A stretch of 64,000 nt of DNA from Eledone cirrhosa (lineage: Eukaryota), in the NCBI GenBank assembly GCA_964016885.1, contig OZ024752.1, positions 21,080,001-21,144,000 on the forward strand. The letters are read 5' to 3'. The notes beneath the pieces were generated by a model. That model saw only the letters and a list, made by a program, of their open reading frames with translations, did not search any database and was not told the origin of the DNA. Made by a program: the position numbers and the translations under genes. This document shows positions 53,619 through 64,000 of the stretch, in pieces. Positions within the stretch are counted from its first letter, which is position 1. Every line of letters begins with the position of its first letter.

Positions 53619-53738
<120 letters not shown>

Positions 53739-53741
53739 TAT

Positions 53742-53995
53742 ATCCAGGGAGGTGTAACTTGGAGTTACTGTAGGTTCCCCCGGGTGAGCACTCGATGTTT
53801 AGGTTCACTTCAGTGCGAGGTGTAGAGCTAGACAGAGTGTAGTATAGTGAAGTAAGATACCAAGGACGAGTGGTTACTCCTTCGTTACGTTTATTGGTTG
53901 GTGACCCGCGTTTCGCCACTGATCAGCTCAAGGTTCGATCAGTATCGATCTTACCCAACTGTAATCCACGGCTCGTCAAACTCCTTGTAATGTTA
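53742..53995 (-). mobile_element. pLTR fragment with long-stem-II HHR (53900-53982)
   Basis: Minus AGT TTGACGA GCC..(~58 nt hairpin)..GGC GAAA CGCGGG TC ACC; homologous to 11318-11563. Confidence 0.72.
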
Positions 53996-54010
53996 ATGGA
54001 AGAATATATG

Positions 54011-54041
<31 letters not shown>

Positions 54042-54077
54042 GTATGTATATACATATGTGTGTATATATATATATGT

Positions 54078-54462
54078 AAACCTGTCAAAGGGAAAAGGAG
54101 CTCTTAAGACTCAATGGCCATACAAAATCACCGGGAGAGATGACCCCTTAGCCTTTGTCAAGGCAGAATTCTAGGAGAAGGAAAACTCTGATGTAACACC
54201 TGCAACCCTGATGGTATCCAATGATGTTGACTTGTTCTTCCTTTTGGTAAATATCATCTTGGTTAAGAGAGTGGGACTGGCTTTGTGCAGTGCCTTTGCT
54301 CACTATAAAAGCTTCACGGCACAGGCATTGCTTTATATCGGGAGATCAGAGTTTTCAAGTCGCTGGCTGGACTAAAAAGTCACACTCGTTCAGCGCATCG
54401 GTAGGGGTTCTCCTACATGGATATAAAGTAGTGGCCGTACTCGAAAACGAGTAGGCAGCCAC
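54078..54462 (+). mobile_element. Probable RTE 5' UTR-derived repeat
   Basis: CTAGGAGAAGGAAAACTCTGA motif recalled from RTE 5' UTRs; flanked by (TA)n. Confidence 0.45.
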
Positions 54463-54497
54463 CATGTATATATATATATATATATGTATGTATATAC

Positions 54498-54619
<122 letters not shown>

Positions 54620-57612
54620 ATCATCATCATCATCATCATCTTCCACGCTTGCATGGGTTTGGACGGGAATCTTCCCACTTGAGGTAAGATTGGTTGTCCT
54701 GCTCGTATAGGACTGTCTGGCGGGTTTTCTACGACTGGATGCCCTTCCTAACACCAACCACGTTTACAGTGTGGACTGGGAGGTTTTTACCGTGTTACCT
54801 ACACGGCCACATTAAAGCGTGGACTGTGTGTTTTTTTTGTCGTGTCACCTACACGACCTCATTTGTTTCGGACTGGATGTTGTGATACCAACATAACTTT
54901 ACATTGAAAGGGGTGGTATGGATGGGGTGGGGTAGTGGGACGGGGGTGTATGTTTGTTAGAGGTGCCTACTGACTGTAGGTTTCGCTTTGTACTTAGGCA
55001 AGGCGGGTCTTCTCTATTACTGAGTACCGCCAAAGATCTCGGTCCAGTGACATTGTCTTCGAGAGGTGTAAGTGTGTGAGGTCGGAATTTATCAAATCGG
55101 CCCAGGTTTTTTCTGGGTCTGCCTACTCCGTGGCTACCGTCTATTTTTATCGCCCTGCACTTTTTTATACAGCTGTCGTCTTTCATGTGCATCACGTGAC
55201 CGTACCAACGTAGTCTTCTCTCGAGTAAACAACATCTGATCCTTCTTATTCCTAATTTCTCAGTTAGTTCATTTATGCTTTGCCGTTCACGTATATTACT
55301 ATTACACATCCAGCGGAGCATGCAAGCTTCGTTCCTCTCTAGTCTGCGTATATCCTCTGCACGCAATGCCCAAGTCTCACTGCCATGTAACATTGCTGTT
55401 CGTATGCAGGCATCATACAGCCTGCCTATCATTTTTAGAGAGAACCCTTTAGCGGCCAATAGTGGTATAAGCTCTCTGAACTTTTTCCATCCCGTTCTGA
55501 CTCTAGCTACTGTACATTCAGAGCACTCTCCACCACTGCTGATTTTGTCAGCCAGGTAACAGAAGGTGCCCACTATTTCTATAGAACCATCTGTGCAATG
55601 GAATGAGTTAGTATTCTGTGGGCACTTGCTGCTACTTATTGCACCAGAGCACCGGCCACATATATAAAATCTATATTCTTAGTTAGCTTACCTGTAATCC
55701 CACTACATATTTTATGCACCCATACTTTGCATTTGGGACAGAAAATGGAGTTTCTGCCTACTCCTTTCCTACACACTGAGCATGGCCATTTCCCAGATTG
55801 GACCAGTGCCCTATTTTCCTTCCTACAAACTAGAACTTTAGTCTTAGACTTTAGGTTAATTTTAAGGCCTTTTGATTCTAGGCCATGCTTCCATGTTTGG
55901 AATTTCTTCTCTAGTTCAGCTATTGATTCAGCTATGAGTGTTAGATCATCTGCGTATAGGAGTTCTCATGGGCAGCCGGTCTTGAACTCCTCTGTTATAG
56001 CCTGAAGGGCAATAATAAATGGTAGGGGGCTAAGAACGGAGCCCTGATGAACATCAACTTTTACGCTAAACTCTTCACTATATTCGTTGTTAATTCTAAC
56101 CTTGCTGACTGTTTCCTTATACATGGCTTGTATAGCTCTCACAAGCCATTCATCAACACCTAGTTTTCTAAGAGCCCACCAGATAATGGAGCGGGGGACT
56201 CTGTCAAAGGCTTTCTCCAAGTCAACAAAAGCTAAGTATAGGGGTTTACTTTTAGCTAGGTACTTCTCCTGTAGTCGTCGTACAATGAAAAGAGCGTATG
56301 TGGTACTTTTATCTGACACAAACCCGAACTGCATTTCATCTAGATCAATTCGCTCTCTGATTAGTTGCGCTATTACTTTTTCTGTGACCTTCATGACCTG
56401 GTCGATTAATTTAATGCCTGTATGGTTTCCCCTATCTAGGGCATTTCCTTTAATCTTGTAGCAGTTAATAATGATGCTGCTACGCCAGTCCTTCGGAACG
56501 ACTCCATTCTGTATGACTTGGTTTACTATCCGGGTGACCATAGTGTGTCCCACCGTTCCAGATGCTTTCAGCATTTCAGCAACTTTTTCCGAAGGCCCAC
56601 CCGCCTTACCCGTCTTCATATCTTTGATTGCCTTACTTATTATACTACCTTCGACTAACACTGCTGGTACCTCTATTGGGTCGATGTGGGGGAGACTGTC
56701 TTTCTCCCATTTATTCCCCTCATTTAGTAGCCTTTCGTAGTGACACTTCCAAGCTACCTTCTTATCAGCGTCAGTGATGGCAAGTACACCATCATCATTA
56801 TGGACACACTTCTCCCCGACAATATCACGGTTTTCCTTGACACATTGCCTAGCAATCCTGAACACCTCACGTTTTTCGTCCTCGCGTTGTAGAACATGCT
56901 TGAACTTTCTTTCCTCTGCTTCCCTTTTTGCGAAGTACACTTGTCTCCTAGCTTCCCTCCTGGCCATTTGATACACTTCTCTACCTCCCCCATCCTGCCA
57001 TACTTTCCAAGCCTGCTTTTTTGGCCTTAATTGACTCCTCCACCTTTCTGTTCCACCACCACGTTACTCTCCTCCTGCCTATAGGTCTGCTCCAGCCACA
57101 GACTTCATCTGTCGCCTTCAGCAGGTTAGCTTTCAGGAATTCCCACTGTTCCTCTATATTGTACGACTCTAATTGCTCTTCCTTACTGACAAAAGCATCA
57201 AGTAATATGCTTTTAAATTTATTACAGGCTGTGGGGTCCTTTAGATTCCATATTTTTCTCCTGAAGATAGTCCTCTTCTGTTGTCGAGTACTTCTTGTCC
57301 TGACTATGAGTCTATGTTGGGAGGTGCATTCTTCATGGAGGAGGGATTTAGTGTTTACAACAGACACTCTATCACGTCTTCTTGTAAGGATATAATTTAT
57401 CTGACTGGCGTGTTCCCCTGATCTATAACTGATCAAGTGATTGTCTCGTGTTTTGAAGTTTGTGTTACAGATAGTTAGGTTATTTGCGTCACAGAATTCC
57501 AGGATTCTGGAGCCTTCCTCATTTCTAGTACCAAACCCATAGCCTCCATGGATTCTGTCATAGCCGCCACAATGTTGTCCAGCATGACCATTTAGGTTGC
57601 CAGCAATAATTA
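54620..57612 (-). mobile_element. RTE LINE copy A (5'-truncated within APE; RT, PHD, 3' UTR, (ATG)n tail)
   Basis: ORFs 56981-57612, 55966-56976, 54899-55573; KWPCSVCRKGVGRNSIFCPKCKVWVHKICSG at ~55690-55790. Confidence 0.93.
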
Positions 57613-57792
57613 TGTATGTATATATATATGTATGTATATACATATGTATGTATATATATATATGTGTATATATATATATGTATATATATATATGTATATA
57701 TATATATATGTATGTATATATATGTATATATATGTATATATATATATGTATATATATATGTATATATATATATGTATATATATGTATGTATA

Positions 57793-57844
<52 letters not shown>

Positions 57845-57854
57845 TATGTGTGTA

Positions 57855-58847
57855 TCATCATCATCACCATTTTAGGTCCGTTCTTCCACGCTAGCATGGG
57901 TTAGACGCGTTGTCCTGTTGTGAGCAGTATCCGGTCGGCTGACCTTGTCTTGCTCATACGGGAACTGAGTCTGGCTTGATTTCTACAGCTGGATGCCCTT
58001 CCTAAAACCAACTTCATTTACAGTGAGTGCTGGGTGCTTTTTTTCCATGGCGGCTACACGTCCACTTTACAGTGTGGGCTGGGTGAGTTTTTGTCGTGGC
58101 ACCTCCACGACCACTTTTCAGTGGGAGGGTGTGGGGGCATATTGTCTATATGCTTCAGCTTCGGCTTGTACCCGTGGGTCTTCTGTATTACTGTGTGACG
58201 CCAGAGGTCACCGTCGTGTGCCTTCGCCTTTGAGAGGTCTAATTGGGTCAGGTCGGCTTTTATCACCTCATCCCAGGTCTTCTTGGGTCTCCCCACTCCG
58301 CCGTTTCCATCGATTTCTAGTGCTCTGCACCTTTTTATGCAGCTGTCATCCTTCATACGCATCACATGTCCTTACCAACGCAACCGCATCTCCTGCACAC
58401 AGCATTTGATTCCTCTTATGCTCAGTCTCTCTCTCAATTCATTTATGCTTTGCCGTTCGCGTATATTACTATTACACATCCATCGGTGCATGCAGGCTTA
58501 AATTCTTTCTAATCTACGCAAGTCTTCCACCTTCAGCGCCCAGGTTTCACTTCTATGAAACATTGCTGTTCGTATACACACATCATACAGTCTGCCTTTC
58601 ATTTTGAGGGAAAAGCCTTTTGCAGCTAGCAGTGGCAGTAGCTCCCTGAACTTCTTCCATCCCGTTCTTACCCTAGTTATTGTACTTTCCGAACACGCAC
58701 CTCCGCTGCTAATTCGGTCACCTAGGTAGCAGAAGCTGTCTACTGTTTCTACAGAGCCCTCCCAGAGTTTGGTGGTGCTTGTTTCCTGTGGTCATTTGCC
58801 GCTTGCTGTCCCAGCGCAGCTGCTACATATGAAGCCTACATTCTTAG
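57855..58847 (-). mobile_element. RTE LINE copy B (3' fragment)
   Basis: [14 protein letters not shown], LRWxGHVMRMKDD..GRPKKTW; (ATG)n tail. Confidence 0.9.
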
Positions 58848-58873
58848 TGTATATATACGTATATGTATATACA

Positions 58874-58916
<43 letters not shown>

Positions 58917-58927
58917 CCATATAAATA

Positions 58928-58967
<40 letters not shown>

Positions 58968-59050
58968 GATATATATACATGTATATATGTATATGTATAT
59001 ATATATATGTATATATATATGCATATATATATGTATATATATATGTATAT

Positions 59051-61188
59051 ATCATCATCATCATCATCATCATCATTTTACGTCCGCTCCTCCCTGCTTG
59101 CAAGGGTGGGACGGGTCTTATTCAGCACAGCATCTCTCCACTTGACACGGCCCTTCGTCATCGTCCTTCGGTCCTTCGTCCACTGTGAGCTTCAGCGATC
59201 TGAGGTCTGTTCTCACCACCTCCGCCCACGTTTTTCGTGGTCTACCTCTACCACGTCTTCCTTCAACTGGCATTTCATGGCACTTCTTCACCCATCAGTC
59301 ATCCTCCATGCGCATCACATGTCCATTACACCTCAGTCTCCTCTCTCGCACACTACATTCTATCCCTCTCAGACACAGTTTCTCTCTCAAAGCATTCATG
59401 CTGGGTCGTTCACGCACATAGACATTGCACCACCAACGGAGCATGCTTGCCTCATTTCTCTCTTGCCGTCGCATATCCTCTGCAGTTGCTGCCCATGTAT
59501 CACTGCCATGCAGCATCGCGCTCCTCACACAGGCATCATATAACCGGCCTTTCGTACGCTGAGAGAAACCCTTCTTCCTCAGCATAGGAAGCAGCTCCCT
59601 AAACTTCTTCCGACTCGTCCTTATTCTAGATACTATGGCCTCAGAACAGCCCCCCTCCCATGCTAATCTGATCTCCTAGGTACGGGAAGCTATCCACCAC
59701 TTCTATAGCATCCGCCTGCATTTGAAAAATGTGTCTATCAATGCGACTTCTACTGTCTAATTTCCCTGTACATCTACTGCATACGTATTTCTCCCTACAT
59801 GTTAGTTTGCTTGCTATCCCACTACATCTCTTGTGTACCCAGGATCTGCATTGTGCGCATTTTATAGAATTTATGCCAGTTCCTTTTCTGCATCTCGAAC
59901 ATGGCCATTTCCCTGAAGGTATTAGAGTTTTGTCCTCTTTTCTACTCATCAACACTTTTGTCTTAGCTAGGTTCACTCACAGTCCTCTTGCTTCCAACTG
60001 CTGTTTCCAGAGCCAGAATTTATTCTCTAGCTCCTCTACTGACTCTGCTATAAGAACCAGATCGTCAGCATAGAGAAGTTCCCATGGACAGCCAGTCTTA
60101 AACTCTTCAGTTATGGCTTGGAGGACTATAATGAACAAGAGCGGGCTGAGGACCGAACTTTGATGTACTCTTACTTGTATCTGGAATTCCTCACTAAACT
60201 CCATTCCTACCCTGACTTTACTGACAGTAACTCTGTACAAAGTTTGCACTGTCCTCACGAGCCATTCCTCAACACTTAGTTTTCTTAGGGACCACCAGAT
60301 GACAGATCGGGGTACTCTATCAAAGGACTTCTCTAGGTCAACAAAGACTATGTATAGTGGCTTATTCTTCTCTAAGAACCTCTCTTGTAATTGTCTCACC
60401 AAGAAGAGGGCATCTGTTGTACTTTTCCCAGGCACAAAGCCAAACTGCATCTCATCTAGTTTGACCCTTTCTCTAATTAGTTGTGCTAATATCCTTTCTG
60501 CGACTTTCATAACCTGAGCCATCAGTTTTATACCCCTATAATTGCTCCTCTCCAGAGCATCCCCTTTACCTTTGTAGCAATTTATGAGAATACTGCTGCA
60601 CCAGTCTTTGGGTATGACACCACCATATATAGCCTCATTGATGACGAGTGCAACCAGTTTAGTGCCTACGTCCCCTGATGCCTTCAGCATCTCAGCAACT
60701 ATCTCCAACGGTCCAGCAGCCTTACCATTTTTCATTTTCTTAATCGCCTCTTGGACTCTATATTCGTCAATCTCAATAGCTGGTACCTCTGTCTGATCTA
60801 CTGAGGGTAATTTCTCTCTCTCCCATTCGTTCTCCACATTCATCAGTCTCTCATAATTGCATTTCTAGGCCTCCTTTTTCTGATCATTCGTGAAACTAAG
60901 TACACCGGCATCATTCCGGACACATTTATCTCCAACAACATCCTGATTTGCATTGGCACACTGCCTTGCAATGTGGAACACCGCACGCCTCTGATCTTCC
61001 CGTCGCAGAACATTGGCAAACCTCCTACTCTCAGCCTCCCTGCGTGCTAAGTACACCTGACGTCTAACTTCTTTCTTAGCGGCTGTATATCCTTCCGTAC
61101 TCCCACCCTTTTTCCAAGCCTTCTATGCTAGTCTTTTGTCTCTAATGGCCTTATCTACTGTGCTGTTCCACCACCAGGTCACTCTCTG
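59051..61188 (-). mobile_element. RTE LINE copy C (RT + PHD + C-terminus)
   Basis: ORFs 59977-60843 (LLYADDLV), 59641-59976 (C4HC3), 59295-59585. Confidence 0.93.
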
Positions 61189-61215
61189 TATATTTATGTA
61201 TATATATATATATAT

Positions 61216-61470
61216 ATCATCATAATCATCATTTTACGTCCGCTTTTCCCTGCTTGCAAGGGTTGGATGGGTCCTATTCAACACAGCATCTCTCCACCCG
61301 TCACGGTCCTTCGACATCTCCTCCGTGAGTTTCAGCGATCTGAGGTCTGCTCTCACCACCTCCGCTCATGTTTTTCGTGGTCTCCCTCTACTGCGTCTTC
61401 CCTCCACTGGGACTTCCTGGCACTTCTTCACCCATCGGTCATCCTTCATGCGCATCACATGTCCATACCA
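61216..61470 (-). mobile_element. RTE LINE copy D (short 3' fragment, subfamily of copy C)
   Basis: Similar to 59070-59325. Confidence 0.88.
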
Positions 61471-61509
61471 CATATATATATGTATATATATATGTATATG
61501 TATATATAT

Positions 61510-61544
<35 letters not shown>

Positions 61545-62243
61545 AGTTTAACGTCTATCTTCCACGATAGCATGAGTTTAGACGGGAATTGTCCCACTTG
61601 AGGCAAAGTTGGTCAGCGACCGTGTCTCACTCGTATAGGACTGTCTGGCAGGTTTTCTATGGCTGGATGCCCTTCCTAACACCAACCACGTTTACAGTGT
61701 GGACTGGGAGGCTTTTACCGTGTTACCTACACGGCCACATTACAGGGTGGACTATGTGTTTTTTTGTCGTGACACCTACACGACCTCATTTGTTTCGGAC
61801 TGGATGTTGTGGTACCAACATAACTTTACATTGAAAGGGGTGGTGTGGATGGGGTGGGGAGGTTGGAGTAGGGGTAGTGGGAGGGGGTGTATGTTTGATT
61901 AAGAGGTGCCTACTGATTGTAGGTTTCACTTTGTACTTAGGCAAGGCGGATCTTCTCTATTACTGTGTAGCGCCAAAGATCTCGGTCCAGTGACATTGTC
62001 TTGGAGAGGTGTAAGTGTGTAAGGTCGGAATTTATCAAATTTTCCCAGGTTTTTCTGGGTCCACCTACTCCGTAACTTCCATCAATTGTGATCGCCCTGC
62101 ACCTTTTTATACAGCTGTCGTCTTTCATGCGCATCACGTGACCATACCAACGTAGTCTTCTCTCGAGTAAACAGCAACTGATCCTTCTTATTCCTAATTT
62201 CTCAGTTAGTTCATTTATGCTTTGCCGATCACGTATATTACTA
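61510..62243 (-). mobile_element. RTE LINE copy E (3' fragment, subfamily of copy A)
   Basis: Similar to 54620-55300; (ATG)n tail. Confidence 0.9.
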
Positions 62244-62244
62244 C

Positions 62245-63282
62245 CAGATAGAAAAATGCGTACAGCAAAAAAAAGTAATATTGTTGGAATATAAACCTTT
62301 AAAAATACAGGACAAGAAACTAAAATAAAACTTTAAAAGAATAGGACAAGAAACTAAGATAAAACTTTAAAGAATTGGACAAGAAATAAAAAATTTTACA
62401 ATAATATTAGTGGCAAAATTTTTTAATTCGTTTCCTGTGCTATGCCCCAGTATCTTCTTGATTAGTGCATAATAATTGTCATGCTCTCATTGTGCGTTGC
62501 CTCTGAGCGGTTGGTTCTGTTTGGGGTTGGTTGGCTGAGCAGTTCTGCTCCGTCAGAATGACCATTGCAAGAAGAATTGGCCGATGCAGCTGCAGGTCTC
62601 CTCCAAGAATGCACTTCTGGTCCCGCAACACCAGACGATGGGAGAAGACGACCGGGACAAGATGTCGACTCTGACCACCGACTACGGCACCTCCCTCAAC
62701 CACCGGTCCTCCCTCCCTCTGTCCCGTCATCCCGCCAGTCCTCCTGCTCCCCCTTCCTGTACCAGAAAGCTGTGGCACGCATTCATCTGGACTGCCGGAC
62801 TTGAACTCAAGGACAAGATGCAAGGAGAAGACGGACGGGTTGGTCAAGATCAAGGATGAGCGGGACGACAAGACCGTCCGCTGCTGCTCAAGATCTGTGC
62901 TCATGGGCCCATGGGTCCATTCACATTATGCATGACACATGATGAAATAGGGGTATGGTTATGGCCCAATTGGTGTTCAAACCAGGATCAAATGATCCCC
63001 CCGGTCTGACGACGACCTCTGAATATGGAACCCAGAGCCTATGAATGTGGAACTCGATTTTTTACCAATAAAAATTTTGCCACTAATATTATTGTAAAAT
63101 TTTTTATTTCTTGTCCAATTCTTTAAAGTTTTATCTTAGTTTCTTGTCCTATTCTTTTAAAGTTTTATCTTAGTTTCTTGTCCTATTCTTTTAAAGTTTT
63201 ATTTTAGTTTCTTGTCCTGTATTTTTAAAGGTTTATATTCCAACAATATTACTTTTTTTTGCTGTACGCATTTTTCTATCTG
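62245..63282. mobile_element. Foldback-type element with long modular inverted repeats (62245-62423 / 63070-63282) and GC-rich core
   Basis: Near-perfect inverted repeats containing 3 (left) vs 4 (right) ~32-bp subrepeats GGACAAGAAACTAAGATAAAACTTTAAAAGAATA; no TSD or transposase seen. Confidence 0.75.
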
Positions 63283-63557
63283 ATCTACTATTTTTTAAGG
63301 CAATGCAAGCAACAACTATCTAATAATTAAATGATCATAGTGAATTACTGACAAGTGATTGACATTTTAAAGTTCTTTTGAGTATAATTGCAATCTAGTT
63401 GAGGCAACTGGCTTAATGACAAAGCTAGTAAATCATGAATGCATTTGAGATGATTAGTGCATAATAGTGAATTGGTGAAACTTGTGCATTTCAATGGTGT
63501 TACAACAATAGATGTAAGTTATATAGTAGTAATACTTTATCATTTTAACTTTTTAGA

Positions 63558-63917
63558 ATGGACAAAAACCCATGCAAAGAAATGACTTTGACTGCAGTGA
63601 TTCTCTCCAATTTACTTACAAAGCAAAACGTGGTCAAATACCTTATCATCTCTGATAAAATGCCCATTGAATCACTGAAAATCGGATGCATGGAATTCCT
63701 CATACAATGCACCTATGAATCGGAAACCATCACATATATCAATGGATAAAGGGAGTTGTTCACACTGGAAGACCATCACTTCATTTGTGACTTCATCAGT
63801 TCTCTCCACGATTATCTCAGACACCCAATGCCATTGGTGAGAGGTGATCCAATGTGTGAGCATGTAACTAATCTTATAGAAGTTGTTATCGACCACCTGG
63901 CTTTTAGTGACATTTGA
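63558..63917 (+). pseudogene. Possible BTB/BACK (SPOP C-terminal-like) coding remnant with an in-frame stop
   Basis: LSNLLTKQNVVKYLIISDKMPIESLKIGCMEFL..ING*REL resembles the BACK pattern L.vENv..iLilAD.....LK..c.eFI..GW; judged by eye only. Confidence 0.35.
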
Positions 63918-64000
63918 CTGATTTGACTGATAATGATGTATTTTTAAAAAGTATGTGTACATTCTTCTTACTATTTTAAGGCAATGCAAGCAACAACTAT

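Noticed and set aside
63003-63055. CTGACGA followed by a hairpin as a hammerhead
   Set aside because: No correctly placed GAAA/UH or stem I
62300-63230. ~32-bp repeats as a CRISPR array
   Set aside because: Repeats are contiguous with no unique spacers, lie inside inverted repeats, eukaryotic context, no cas genes
63514-63556. GTAAGT..TTTTTAG intron
   Set aside because: Only 43 nt and no supported upstream exon

Overview
Animal (eukaryotic) intergenic/heterochromatic DNA, probably a cephalopod such as octopus (inferred from the repeat repertoire: Nin-type SINE fragment, RTE 3' UTR motif GGATGCCCTTCCTAAC, very long (TA)n/(TG)n arrays). I see no intact host gene; most ORFs in the supplied track are translated microsatellites. 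The window is a dense nest of retroelements inserted into (TA)n microsatellites: (i) about 9 RTE-clade LINE pieces, several carrying a PHD finger inside the RT region and ending in (ATG)n tails, including a head-to-tail array at 54.6-62.2 kb; (ii) at least 10 families of Penelope-like elements (PLEs; RT + C-terminal GIY-YIG), autonomous remnants and non-coding derivatives, most arranged as two inverted arms with 3' ends pointing outward; (iii) about 20 minimal type-I hammerhead ribozyme (HHR) motifs in PLE pseudo-LTRs, including variants with a ~100-nt stem II, a compensated U3:A8 core, and a 420-nt tandem retrozyme-like unit; (iv) non-autonomous Helitrons that share a module with a PLE 3' end; (v) a foldback-type TIR element. 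The most notable items are the reproducible short-end/long-end architecture of two-ended PLE insertions (down to a ~55-bp insertion whose empty site is in the window), the HHR variants, and a PLE with a coiled-coil ORF1 joined to RT at a U_UUU_UUA -1 slippery site. All alignments and RNA folds were done by eye; boundaries are approximate.
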